Source of the DNA: a virus
Strand: one strand, 5' to 3'
IMG/VR virus record: IMGVR_UViG_3300035232_000453
Length of the DNA: 64,000 bases
Position numbers and translations under genes: made by a program. Positions 8,583 through 18,823 of this stretch are shown piece after piece. Under the pieces are notes generated by a model. It ran no database searches. It was not told the DNA's origin and saw only the letters and a list, made by a program, of their open reading frames with translations. Position 1 is the stretch's first letter, and every line of letters starts with the position of its first letter.

Positions 8583-9593
8583 TTATTGCTTACGATTTCT
8601 AATCGCTGCTAAAATGTCTTGAGCACTTGCTTGCCCTTCAACTGCTGGTGCTGCCGTTGCCATTTCTGGTTCTGGCGTCATATCAACTGCTGTTGGTGCC
8701 GGTGCTGTTGCTTGTTCAACAACTGGTGCCGCTGGTGCTGGCGCCGGTGCTGGTGTTGGAGTAGTTGCCGCTGCAACAGGTTTTGCTCCTGTAGTAGCTG
8801 GTGCATCTACACCATATGGACGATAGTACTGACCAAAACGTTCTGGATCATACAACTGTCCATCAACACTTGCTTCAAACATTTCAAAGATAGCGTTTAG
8901 ATGTTCTGCATCAGGCTTCTTAGGTAAGAAGTCATTTAGATTGTGCAGGTCGTGTGTTGCAATTGCATCACGTTCTGTTTGATCTAAACTACGTTCTCTA
9001 CGAGCCCAATTAGATGTTGAATAGTCAGCATATTGACCTTTGGTAGATTTCTTAATTACGAAATCTGTACCAGCTTCATAGTCTGTAGGAATTTCCTGGA
9101 ATTCAGGATCCATTAATGCTGAACTAATGATTTTATAAATTTGAGGTGAAATAACAAAACGTCTAATAGGATTCTCAGGTACTGAGTCTTCCTGTAGATC
9201 ACTTTGTGTTACAAAGCCTTGGAAAATGTAACTACGCTTTTTCCAATACTTACGACCCATGTCTTCCATAGTAGGGTCTTTAAACCAAGGACGAATTTCT
9301 GCATGTACTGGACATGTATCTCCCCACATTTCAACACAAGGTACTTGTATTGTAACTGGTTTGTTTTCGTCGCCGCCTTTTACACCTGGAAATGATAGAC
9401 GGATCATCTGACGTTCTTTCCAAAAGAAAGTGTTGTCGGGATCTGCGTCTGGTAGGAATCGTAGTGTTGCACTACTGCCTTCTGGAATATTCCAGTGTGT
9501 GAAGATAGCGTTATCGCCGCCACCTTGTGATGAGCCTGAGCTCTTAGTTTCTTGTGCTTGTAATTTTGCACGGATTTCTGCTAAAGATGCCAT
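8583..9593 (-). CDS. gp32: gp32-like single-stranded DNA-binding protein
   Basis: ATLRFLPD, CPV, RKYWKKRSY, YADYSTS motifs; Ala/Pro-rich linker near the C-terminus. Confidence 0.85.
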   Translation of the reverse strand: MASLAEIRAKLQAQETKSSGSSQGGGDNAIFTHWNIPEGSSATLRFLPDADPDNTFFWKERQMIRLSFPGVKGGDENKPVTIQVPCVEMWGDTCPVHAEIRPWFKDPTMEDMGRKYWKKRSYIFQGFVTQSDLQEDSVPENPIRRFVISPQIYKIISSALMDPEFQEIPTDYEAGTDFVIKKSTKGQYADYSTSNWARRERSLDQTERDAIATHDLHNLNDFLPKKPDAEHLNAIFEMFEASVDGQLYDPERFGQYYRPYGVDAPATTGAKPVAAATTPTPAPAPAPAAPVVEQATAPAPTAVDMTPEPEMATAAPAVEGQASAQDILAAIRNRKQ

Positions 9594-9712
9594 TATTAGT
9601 TTCTCCTATATTAGCCTTTATTTGTAACAAAACTTATAGTTCTGCTTTGTTTGTGTAGCTAGTGCTACTTTGCCTTTGTGTAGCTCTTAACTACTTTTGC
9701 CTTTAGTTGCCA
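9594..9712 (-). promoter_or_regulatory. Repetitive, structured gp32 mRNA leader (candidate translational operator)
   Basis: Repeated AAAGGC units and two GUAG..CUAC hairpins. Confidence 0.55.
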
Positions 9713-9716
9713 TTAC

Positions 9717-9745
9717 AGTATATAATAAATTGTGCCTACTGTCAA
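9717..9745 (-). promoter_or_regulatory. sigma70-type promoter for gp32-uvsX-uvsY
   Basis: TTGACA-17-TATACT. Confidence 0.8.
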
Positions 9746-9762
9746 GCACTTTTAAAGAAAAA

Positions 9763-12607
9763 TTATGCAATCTTTCTTCTTAGATTATTTAACGTAGCTT
9801 CAGCAAGATCTTCCATTGCTGGTTCCTTTGCCGGAGCCTTGTTATTTTTGTCTAAATATTTTGCAATTTTGGCCAATAATACAACATGCTCTTTTGGCAA
9901 GCTATACATTTCGCCTGAAATTTGACTTAGTAAGTTAAATACTTCGTCATTTTTACTGTTCATTGCTAGAAAAGATAAGTGTGATACTAACTTAGCCATT
10001 GCACCATTACCACCTGAGTATTTAATTGGATCTTCATTATCAGGATGTTCTGGATCATTTGGATCAATGTTAAGTTTGAAATCTTCCTTGTTTTTAATCA
10101 TATCGTATAAACGATTCATATTACTTTTAGTTAGATCTGTCATACTGTCTCTCTCCTTTATAATACGGGCTACTGTTTCTAAGACTGAATCCATATTTGC
10201 AGTCTCAAATGTATTATACATGAACTTGTCAGTTAAGTCAACCGATTCTTTATCATTGTCTTCTACAATCGCAGTAGTAGGTGCTTGATAGTCGTTATAA
10301 CCTCTTGAAGTCTGTAGACTCTTAACTGTGTTCTTAAATTCTTTTAATTTTTGTTTAACTGCTTCAACAATGTTTACATTGCTTTCGTTAGTTAATTTGT
10401 TTGTACGCACATGTCTCAAAAACTGTGTACATTGTGCTACTTCTGTACATAAAGTGATAATTGATTCACCAATTGCATCATATGGCGTTCCGCCATTGCT
10501 TACATGGTTGGCCATAGCTTTAGCACCTTGTAAATACTTGTGTGGGAATCTAAATCTCTCTCCTGCACTGTTTTCAATAAACAATGCTTTGATGTTACGT
10601 GATCTGCTACCACGCACTTCTTCATTAACACCTTTTGTATGTTTAATAATAAGTTTAGTGTTTTCTGGTAATTGAATATAACTTGTTTTCATACTACCTG
10701 TTGCAGGTGTATAACCTTCGCCTAAATTATTTGGGCGTAATTTTGGTTTTACAGTTGGTTTTACAGTAGGTCTAATATTTTTAAATTTAGGATCTTGCAT
10801 GTTGAAAGTATCTCTCCATTTAGGATCTTTAATTTTAGCAATAGTTTCTGGATCCATAGCATCTGTACCATAGTTAGGATTACCAATATGATCATAACCG
10901 CCGATCATTGAATCTGGATTTTCTCTTGCACCAGTCTCTGGATTTGTGTATGTGCCATATCCATTCTGGTCGGCAATATCTTTTGCAATATTAAGAGGTA
11001 ATTTAGCTAAGTATCTGTTAATTTGTATTTGGTTTTCAGTGCCTAATACATCTTTAAATCCTTGCATTGCACCGTCTAATTCATTTTGACTCCAGCCAAT
11101 ACCATCTGCATGTCCAGTTCCACTTGCATCAAAAGGATCATCTACACCTCTTGTTGAACCTTTATGAATTAATGCAGCATTTGGGTCTGTAATATCTTTA
11201 GGGGACATATTCTGAGGATCTTTTGGACCAAAAGAGAAAGATCCCTTTCCTGGAGCTTCTGTAATACCAGATAGTTCTTTTAATCTGCTTACTTCTGATT
11301 CGTAGTATTCTTCATCTGGTTCGCCAGCTGCCATTTCTTTACAATCTGAACATCTACCATGTCCATCATTGTAGTCCATTAATTGAGCGCCACAGCAATT
11401 ACTTACTACGCCATCTTCCATTTCATCACCTGGTGAATATGATTCAGTTTCTGCTTCAAGTAATTCACCTGATGCTAAAATATCAATTGCATGTTTAATA
11501 TCTGTGTTTTCCATATCCACATGTGGTATTGCTTTTAATATAGCTTGCACTTGTGGCATACTCATAAATTCTTCATCATCTGTATCTATTTCATCTGTGA
11601 ATTCATAATATGAACTATCAGTCATTCTATAGTTATCTGCTTGAATTTCTTTAGCATGATCAACTACATGTGCCATAAATGCCTCTACTGAATTTCCGCC
11701 TTCATTTATCGATTCAACAAATACTTCTACCATGTCATCGCCATTACGCAATGCACCTTTTTTAACTTTTACGTTTTCTTTGCCGTATTTTTCAATTGCT
11801 TCTTCTGGAGACATACTAGTTTGTTTCCAACGCTTTTCTGATTCATTAGTTTGACGCTTTTCTGCCGCACACTCATCACATGTATCAATGTCGCCGTCTG
11901 TTTCGTCTTTAATCCATTCGCAATCTGCACAACCTTGTGTGCCTTCGTTTGGAGCTTCTGCAATACCAGATAGTTCTTTTAATCTGCGGACATCTTCATT
12001 TTTTGATTCCAATTGAGCAATCATGTCATCAAATGTCATATCGTCTTTTTTGTTCCTCAATGCGTCAACTACTATTGCTAATGTACGTTTTGCTAATTCA
12101 TCTCTGTCTCTAGTGGCTGTTGTCATTTCAATCCAAGTCCACTCATAAATCATTTGCATCACTTCGTCAACACTTTTGTCCCACATCTGCGTGTGTTCTT
12201 TCCAGAAGTCTGTAATCTCGTAATAGCCTGTAACTGCACTTGGTTGCATGTCTTTCATTGCCTTTTCAGTACGGTCGTCTTCTTTTACTACATCGTGTGC
12301 GAAGTCTTTTAATTCAATATTCTTATCAAATTTTCTAATGTTATATTCTGCCATAGCGTTGTGTCCTGCCTTTTTAATACTATTCAATAAATCGTTGTGT
12401 TCATTAAAATTGAAACTAGCTCCTGCTTGTACAACTAGTTCAACTCCATCTTCTTCTTCTCTAATAGTGATAAGAAAATCATTATCATATGCGTAAAATC
12501 TCGCTGATAATTCAGGATCTAATGTTTTATTTCCCATTGGATCAAACAATTTTATTTTAATGTTTGCACCCTTTAGAATGTTAAAAATCTCTTGTGATAG
12601 TTGCATT
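9763..12607 (-). CDS. Large modular acidic protein, probably a protease-processed internal head protein
   Basis: Late promoter upstream, repeated RLKELSGI motif, several xNE/xxE sites, Cys-rich modules. Start MQLSQ with AAGGA. Confidence 0.6.
11251..11288. repeat. 38-bp direct repeat, copy 1 (encodes RLKELSGIxEAP)
   Basis: 37/38 identical to 11950-11987. Confidence 0.9.
11950..11987. repeat. 38-bp direct repeat, copy 2
   Basis: 37/38 identical to 11251-11288; 11940-11959 is also identical to 15375-15394. Confidence 0.9.
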
Positions 12608-12626
12608 GTATAGTATTCCTTTAATG

Positions 12627-12634
12627 TATTTATC
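12627..12634 (-). promoter_or_regulatory. Late promoter GATAAATA
   Basis: T4 late-promoter-like octamer that recurs just upstream of structural genes. Confidence 0.7.
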
Positions 12635-12644
12635 AATTATTGCA

Positions 12645-14201
12645 TTATAATAGGCTAAACGGCATTGGTTCCATCCCGTCACCATCTTCAAAATCGTCGT
12701 TTAGGTAATCAAACGCATCTTCTTCATACTTAGATACCTCTAAACTCATACGTACAATTAAGTTAAGTGACATTACAAGATCATCATGCTCGCCGTCTTT
12801 AGCAGCATAACTATTGCCACGTGCAATAAATGTTTTTAATTCTCTTAATAGAGGTTTACTTGCTATTTCTAGTTTTTCTGTCTCAACCCAATATTTTAAC
12901 TTAGCACATGCATTTATTTTTGCTTTGTGTGTAGTTGTAAAGCCTCGTCTATAGCGTTTGGCATTTCCGTGTGAACGTGTTTCACTTAAAAATGTACCTG
13001 GAAAGTTTTCTTCGCCTGTTTCTTCAACAACAACTAGTGCTGCTTCGCCTAATGTGTTGTTTTCCATACTGTAATATATTTCACAATCACCATTTGTTTC
13101 ACTTTCTATAAACTGTGCTATTTCTCGCAAAATTTTTATCTGCCCTTGAACTGTTGTTCTATTATGCATCCATTCTGCTACTTGTTTCATTCCTGGCATA
13201 CTGTATACTTGTATAGCACTATTATCGCCACCTGTACCTAAACTAGGATCTAATCCTATCATATATAATTTACCCTTAGCAACTGGTGTGTACCAACGTA
13301 CTTGTCCTGATATAGCGTATGGATCCCGAGCTTCCATATTGCTTAGTTTAATACTATCAATAAGTGTTTCGTCAAACGCAATAAATTCACATTTGTGTTC
13401 ACGCCTGAATCTTTCTTCACCAATTTTACCTTGTTCAACATCTGCCCATTCTTGATCCCTATCTGGATGTACTTCCCATGTAGCTAGATAATGTGCAAAA
13501 CCATTAATACCTGTATTAGTTTCCATGCCGTGTTCGTCTTGGTTCTTATTAGCATCTCTCCAAATCTGTGCAAATTGGTCGTCATCCATATTTGGTGTTG
13601 ATGTGATAATACATTTACCACCTGTTGCTAATGTAGGAGAAAGTGAGGTCCAAAATTCTTTTGCTATGTTAGGTCTAACAAATGCAAACTCGTCTAAGTA
13701 TGCTAACGATATACTCAAACCACGTCCAGTATTTTCTGTTGTTGACTGTGCTACAATACGTGAGCCGTTATCAAATTCCAACGATCCTTTGTTATATGCA
13801 GTAACACCAGCTCTAATAAAGTCAGGCAGTGTTTCGTACGCAAAACGTATACGTTGCATAATTTCACTAGCACCACTATATTTGTGTGCTGCTATAAGAA
13901 TAGTTTGATCTGGATTAAACATTGCATACCATAACAAGTATCCTGCCGCACATGTACTTTTACCTGTTTGTCGTGCGAGCATACTAATACTATATCTATT
14001 ATTGTGATATGTATCTACTAGATCTTCTTGGAAATCATATAACTTAAATTTCATACGACCTTTAGTAGGATGCTGAATAAAACAGTGTTTCTTCATAAAG
14101 TGTTTAGGATCTTGTGAACATAGTGCAAGTTCTAATAACTGCTCTTCTGTGTACTTTTCTTTTTTATATGGGGTTTTAGTTAATTTTGTATCGACTGCCA
14201 T
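12645..14201 (-). CDS. gp17: Terminase large subunit (gp17-like)
   Basis: LYDFQ, ARQTGKST, LAYLDEFAF, ITSTPN, GLDPS, HDDLVM motifs. Confidence 0.95.
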   Translation of the reverse strand: MAVDTKLTKTPYKKEKYTEEQLLELALCSQDPKHFMKKHCFIQHPTKGRMKFKLYDFQEDLVDTYHNNRYSISMLARQTGKSTCAAGYLLWYAMFNPDQTILIAAHKYSGASEIMQRIRFAYETLPDFIRAGVTAYNKGSLEFDNGSRIVAQSTTENTGRGLSISLAYLDEFAFVRPNIAKEFWTSLSPTLATGGKCIITSTPNMDDDQFAQIWRDANKNQDEHGMETNTGINGFAHYLATWEVHPDRDQEWADVEQGKIGEERFRREHKCEFIAFDETLIDSIKLSNMEARDPYAISGQVRWYTPVAKGKLYMIGLDPSLGTGGDNSAIQVYSMPGMKQVAEWMHNRTTVQGQIKILREIAQFIESETNGDCEIYYSMENNTLGEAALVVVEETGEENFPGTFLSETRSHGNAKRYRRGFTTTHKAKINACAKLKYWVETEKLEIASKPLLRELKTFIARGNSYAAKDGEHDDLVMSLNLIVRMSLEVSKYEEDAFDYLNDDFEDGDGMEPMPFSLL

Positions 14202-14896
14202 TAGTATCTCCCAAATGCCCAGTGGCGTTCTCTACACCACCAACATTCTCCACAATGTGTTATCATCCAACTAGGTTCATCTTTGTTGTGCCTTGCTTCT
14301 TGCTCGCAACTACGAGTAAACGGAAAAAGTGTTTCCATTAAATCAAAATGTTCATATAAGTATGCTGGCATGTGTTTATCTACTTTTATTAATGGCATCC
14401 ATCTTGTTATTCCATTTTCATATTCTTCTATTATTGGAACAGAATGCCCTGGATCTCTTTTAGCAAATCTTCCACCATCTTCTAAGCCTGGTGTATCTAA
14501 ACTAGGATTTTGCGTAGTACCGTGTATTGTGAAAGTAATATCATGTAACTTTTTTATACTTCTTTCAGCTTCATCTATTTCTGATCTAATTTGATCTGTA
14601 CTATAAAATGAATAGTGACTTTTAATTAATTTAGTTCCTGTGAGCTGGAGTACTTTATCGAGTACCTTGGTACTCCAGTTCGCATTGTACCAGCCCTTAA
14701 TAGGATTAGCTGATGTTATAACATGTAGTTCAGCTTCTGGTATATGTTTTTCACAGTATTGTATTAACATCCATAATAGTATAGCACTATCGGCTCCACC
14801 TGAGATGTTAATGCAAATCTTTTTATGTGGTTCTGGTACAGTAAAATGTATAGTTTGACCAAAACTATCAGTGTATGTTTCTATAGGTCTTTTCAT
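14201..14896 (-). CDS. QueC-like PP-loop ATPase
   Basis: ISGGADS PP-loop; TRSC...HCGECWWCRER zinc site. Confidence 0.7.
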   Translation of the reverse strand: MKRPIETYTDSFGQTIHFTVPEPHKKICINISGGADSAILLWMLIQYCEKHIPEAELHVITSANPIKGWYNANWSTKVLDKVLQLTGTKLIKSHYSFYSTDQIRSEIDEAERSIKKLHDITFTIHGTTQNPSLDTPGLEDGGRFAKRDPGHSVPIIEEYENGITRWMPLIKVDKHMPAYLYEHFDLMETLFPFTRSCEQEARHNKDEPSWMITHCGECWWCRERHWAFGRY

Positions 14897-14901
14897 ATTA
14901 C

Positions 14902-14909
14902 TATTTATA
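14902..14909 (-). promoter_or_regulatory. Late promoter TATAAATA (leaderless QueC-like/terminase transcript)
   Basis: Exact T4 late consensus, 5 nt before the ATG. Confidence 0.7.
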
Positions 14910-14912
14910 AAG

Positions 14913-14945
14913 AAAAAACGGCGTAGTTAATTAAAACCACACCGC
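14913..14945 (-). terminator. Intrinsic terminator
   Basis: GCGGUGUGGUU-loop-AACUACGCCGU followed by a U-tract. Confidence 0.8.
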
Positions 14946-14976
14946 TTAGTTTTCACCTGGGAGGAAACGTGAACTT

Positions 14977-15873
14977 TTATTTTTCTTTAGATTTCTTATA
15001 TGCTTCTTTAATATCTTCAACTTTATGTTCTTTTAAGCCTACTTTCATATCTTCTGCATCTAAGTATCTTTTTAAACTTAGGTTAACGCTTTGTGCAAAG
15101 TTCTCGTATGGCTCACCGTGTGATGTAGCTTCTTCTTCTGCTGCACCGTCTGGTGTGTTTGCCCATTCGTTTATCTTTTTATTAATTGCTTCTTCGCTTA
15201 AACCTGAATTCTTTAATAATGTAATTAATTGTGTTGTATCCATAGTTGGAGACTCCTCTAATTCTTCTTTGTCAGTTTCTGATTCTTCTGATTCTACTTT
15301 GTATTTTTTACCATCAACTTCAAATTCTTTTTTACCATTTTTCTTAGCATCAGCTAATGCACCTGAGAATTCATTGCCTTCGTTTGGAGCTTCTTCTAAT
15401 GAATCTGGAACGCCATTGCCGTTCTCATCTTTCCACCAGCTACCTGTTTCGTCATCACAATCATGTGAACAATCTGTAGTTGGTTGATGCATTGTGTCGC
15501 CACAGTCTTCGCATTTGTAGTCTGATGCGTTTAGTTGCTCTGCTTCACCAAAGTTTTCATCGTCATCACCATAATCGCCATCTTCACCTGGGTGATTCAT
15601 GTCGTTGTGTCTACGGAAGTCTGCTACGAAATCTTTAATTGTGTCGCCATCTAAATAACGAATTAATTCGCCAAGTACTGGATGATCTGAATCACATCCT
15701 AAATCATCGCATAAATCTAAAATTGGATCTGCAAATTCACCAACTGCTTCTCTTGTTGTAGTTGGTTCTTCAACTACTGGTACGTCTTTTAATTCTCTTT
15801 CTGCTGGAGCCTGGCTGTGAGCATCTGCTGTGCCGTGGCTAGCAAGTTTTAGTATTCTGTCTAAATCACTCAT
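14977..15873 (-). CDS. Acidic modular protein, putative internal head protein
   Basis: RILKLA N-terminus, LEE-A/S sites, CxxC module; shares EAPNEG-encoding DNA with the 9763 ORF. Confidence 0.6.
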   Translation of the reverse strand: MSDLDRILKLASHGTADAHSQAPAERELKDVPVVEEPTTTREAVGEFADPILDLCDDLGCDSDHPVLGELIRYLDGDTIKDFVADFRRHNDMNHPGEDGDYGDDDENFGEAEQLNASDYKCEDCGDTMHQPTTDCSHDCDDETGSWWKDENGNGVPDSLEEAPNEGNEFSGALADAKKNGKKEFEVDGKKYKVESEESETDKEELEESPTMDTTQLITLLKNSGLSEEAINKKINEWANTPDGAAEEEATSHGEPYENFAQSVNLSLKRYLDAEDMKVGLKEHKVEDIKEAYKKSKEK

Positions 15874-16360
15874 CGCCTTTTTCCTTTTGTTTTTTTACTT
15901 TCATTAATTCTTTAATGAAACTGGAGTTATACTCGTCACCGTAATAATCTGATGCATTTACTTTTTCTGCATCCTTGTATTCACCATCAGCTAGTACGCT
16001 TTCAACACGCTCGCCCATTGGTGGAACCAATTCATCTGGTTCATGTTCGCCTTTTACTTTAAGTACACCGTCTGTTAGTCCAAGCATATTACGAATATCA
16101 TTTTGTACTTGCCAACCGCTAGCAATAATGTTAGTTTCGAATTCATGTGTAAAGACTTCATATCCTTTATGATTTGGAAAATCACGTGGAGCACTTTGTA
16201 GTATTGTTTTCTTTGCAGCACCGAGTCCTTTAGAGTCGTATTTACCGAGGTGCTTCTCTATGCGATCACATTGTTCATCAGTTAGATCATGTACTGTTTT
16301 AATACAAAACTTCCACGACTTTTTTGATTCGTTTAAGTATTGTGAAAATAGTTTTTTCAT
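15866..16360 (-). CDS. Putative internal head protein with capsid-targeting-like N-terminus
   Basis: MKKLFSQYLNES resembles the T4 capsid targeting sequence (MKTYQEFIAE); late promoter at 16383-16390. Confidence 0.6.
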   Translation of the reverse strand: MKKLFSQYLNESKKSWKFCIKTVHDLTDEQCDRIEKHLGKYDSKGLGAAKKTILQSAPRDFPNHKGYEVFTHEFETNIIASGWQVQNDIRNMLGLTDGVLKVKGEHEPDELVPPMGERVESVLADGEYKDAEKVNASDYYGDEYNSSFIKELMKVKKQKEKGDE

Positions 16361-16381
16361 TGCGGTTATCTCCTATTAATA

Positions 16382-16918
16382 CTATTTATCTTTTTCGGGC
16401 AAATTTTTCATAATTTCGGCAAGCATAGCAGTTCTATCTCCTACTATACGCCCTTCTACTTCTTCTTCATCGCCCAATTCGTGTTTTTTGCCGGCTACAT
16501 ACGCATCAATCTTCTCACTATCTTTTTCAAGTCTAGCTTGACGCATTTGTAACTCAATCATTTTCATTTTTTTATCCATTTTGGCTTGTTTGGCCTGTAG
16601 AGCTGCTGATATCATTTTGCTCGCACTATCAAATATAGGAGCTGCATGTCTATCTTCTACATTTTTACCAAGATCTACTAAATCTTCAAATGTTTCCATG
16701 GCTTTTTTTGCATATTCATCCATTTCTCTGTCTAACTGTTCTAAGCCTTCAACAGTAGGCAATGCAATATTGGCACGTTCTACCATACTCATTTCGCCTT
16801 CTATATTTGCTATTTCTGTTTTAAGTTCTTCAGTAGTAGGTTCTTCCTGTATATCATTTTCAGGAAGTAACTGATCTAAATCTGGTAAATTTAATTCTTC
16901 TTCTAATTTTTTTGTCAT
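16382..16918 (-). CDS. Putative terminase small subunit (gp16-like)
   Basis: Helical/coiled-coil protein of gp16 size near gp17 and gp4; only weak motif resemblance. Confidence 0.5.
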   Translation of the reverse strand: MTKKLEEELNLPDLDQLLPENDIQEEPTTEELKTEIANIEGEMSMVERANIALPTVEGLEQLDREMDEYAKKAMETFEDLVDLGKNVEDRHAAPIFDSASKMISAALQAKQAKMDKKMKMIELQMRQARLEKDSEKIDAYVAGKKHELGDEEEVEGRIVGDRTAMLAEIMKNLPEKDK

Positions 16919-17361
16919 TTTCTTTTCTTTTTAGAGTTTTGAGGCTTGTTAAATATCTGATGTTCGGTTATAACCCTAAACGCCATTCCTTGTTGTTTGC
17001 ACCATGCATGTGCGGCGGACCATTTAGCTTGATTAACTACTGCTGCTGCCTTTTGTGCTGTTGTTCTTGCTTCAGCTAAAGTCTGACTAGCAGGCTTAAT
17101 CTCTACCATTTCAGCATGGTTCTTTCCATTCCTGTCTTTGTATACTAATAGCAAGTCAGGAACATATGTGCTTTTCTTTCCAGTAAGTGGGTTTTTGTAT
17201 GGAATTCTGTGTGTTTCGCTACCCCAACCTAAAATAGCTGGATGATTATCACACATACGAAATACTGCTAATTCCCATCCACTTCTGTAATGTGGTGTTC
17301 TTTTACCTAAGTATTTATCTGGGTTAGTTGGTACGAATTTTCCGTTTTGGAATTTTGGCAT
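16915..17361 (-). CDS. gp4: Head completion nuclease (T4 gp4, TnsA-like PD-(D/E)xK)
   Basis: YRSGWE, WGSE, IPY, YVPD, VEIKP motifs. Confidence 0.85.
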   Translation of the reverse strand: MPKFQNGKFVPTNPDKYLGKRTPHYRSGWELAVFRMCDNHPAILGWGSETHRIPYKNPLTGKKSTYVPDLLLVYKDRNGKNHAEMVEIKPASQTLAEARTTAQKAAAVVNQAKWSAAHAWCKQQGMAFRVITEHQIFNKPQNSKKKRK

Positions 17362-17366
17362 TTATA

Positions 17367-18173
17367 TTACCTCTGTAGTCCAGAACGCCTTGGTACTACA
17401 AAAGTTTTATTGTCAATTTCTGCTAAAGATTCACTAGATTCGGGATGACGTCCTGTATATTCTTTTACTGGTGGTTTATTAGAACTAACATTATCATCTT
17501 TAGTTGCATATACACCAGATTCGTTTACATCAACAGTTTCTTCGTTGCTGGCTTCCAGTGTTGTTGTAGATGTGGATGCTTGGACTGGATTTTTAGGCCC
17601 TGCATCACTTTTTATTCTATAACCTTCATATTGGAATGACACTCTAAATACTGAAGGAGAACTGTCTGAATAATCTAATGTATCAGCGTCTGCATTTTGT
17701 ATAAAAGGATTAAATATTTCTATTACACTACTATCGTGATTAGAGTCTTGACGTGTAATAATCAGTTGTGTTATATAATGATTAGATTGTTGTAATTCAA
17801 ATCCTTTTTTACCTGTGAGCCAACTAGAATAATCATCTTCATTCATTGGTCCTGAGATATAATGTTTAGCATAGCTCTTTAGAAATGTTTCAAACGCTGC
17901 ATCTTTTGTATCATATGCAGTAAGAGTTATAGGAGTGTAATCTATTCCTGTTTGAACTATGCTTTTATCATTGTACTTATTAAGTGTCTGTGTTCTATAT
18001 ACAAACGATGGCATTTGAACGTTAGCAATTCTTGTTAGCTCCACTGGTCCATCTATTGTAAGTAGCTTAACCGAGAATATATATTTATTTCTCGGTATCG
18101 CACTCATTTTAGTGTTTTTATTATGTGCTAATCCTTGACCATATAATAGGTATGCATCGTTGCCTAATGCCAT
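17367..18173 (-). CDS. Tail tube-like protein (gp19/gp54 paralog)
   Basis: NVQMPSF...YTPITLTAYD...LDYSDS...VSFQYE tube-fold pattern; adjacent to gp19. Confidence 0.65.
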   Translation of the reverse strand: MALGNDAYLLYGQGLAHNKNTKMSAIPRNKYIFSVKLLTIDGPVELTRIANVQMPSFVYRTQTLNKYNDKSIVQTGIDYTPITLTAYDTKDAAFETFLKSYAKHYISGPMNEDDYSSWLTGKKGFELQQSNHYITQLIITRQDSNHDSSVIEIFNPFIQNADADTLDYSDSSPSVFRVSFQYEGYRIKSDAGPKNPVQASTSTTTLEASNEETVDVNESGVYATKDDNVSSNKPPVKEYTGRHPESSESLAEIDNKTFVVPRRSGLQR

Positions 18174-18202
18174 TGCTGACTCCTTAATCTAATTTAAAAT
18201 TA

Positions 18203-18823
18203 TTACGAGTTGCCAGCTGCGTTAACAGACCCACGATCAGATGATGCTTCAATTGTTGATAACATATCTTTTCCATCTGGTCCAGTATGCAATGCATGAT
18301 CATATCTTAATGTCACTGTTACTTGTACCATATTAGAATCTGCGTAGTTTAAGTCGCCATATTGAATATTACTAATAAAACAACCCTGCAAGTCCCATGT
18401 ATCAAACGGCTTAGGTGCATTTTCACTGCCGTTGTTACCATCTAATGTTTCAATCTTTGTTGAAAATTTATATGAGCTACCAGAGATAGCACTTGTTTGA
18501 TCTGCGTGATCTACTTGTTTATTTAGTTGGCTACCTAGTGCTTTAATAACATGTGAATTCATGTCATCACGGAACACAACTGTTACTGGTTCCCAAGTAT
18601 GCTTACCTGCTAGGTACATTTTTGAGTTGTATGAATCAACAACAACTTCTTCATGTGTTAAGTTAGGTCTTGAAGCTGAAATAACATTCTGTGTTGTTTC
18701 GCTTTTAAGATTTCCATCGCCCATGTTAGTAAACGATACTCTAAATCTATATTGTAGTTTAGGCATTAAAGTTACGCCTGCTGCCGAACCTGTTGGTACG
18801 CCAAAGTTTTGTATTACAGCCAT
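18203..18823 (-). CDS. gp19: Tail tube protein (gp19-like)
   Basis: PKLQYRFRV, YLAGKHTWEPVTVVFRDD, GDLNY, LRYD motifs. Confidence 0.85.
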   Translation of the reverse strand: MAVIQNFGVPTGSAAGVTLMPKLQYRFRVSFTNMGDGNLKSETTQNVISASRPNLTHEEVVVDSYNSKMYLAGKHTWEPVTVVFRDDMNSHVIKALGSQLNKQVDHADQTSAISGSSYKFSTKIETLDGNNGSENAPKPFDTWDLQGCFISNIQYGDLNYADSNMVQVTVTLRYDHALHTGPDGKDMLSTIEASSDRGSVNAAGNS

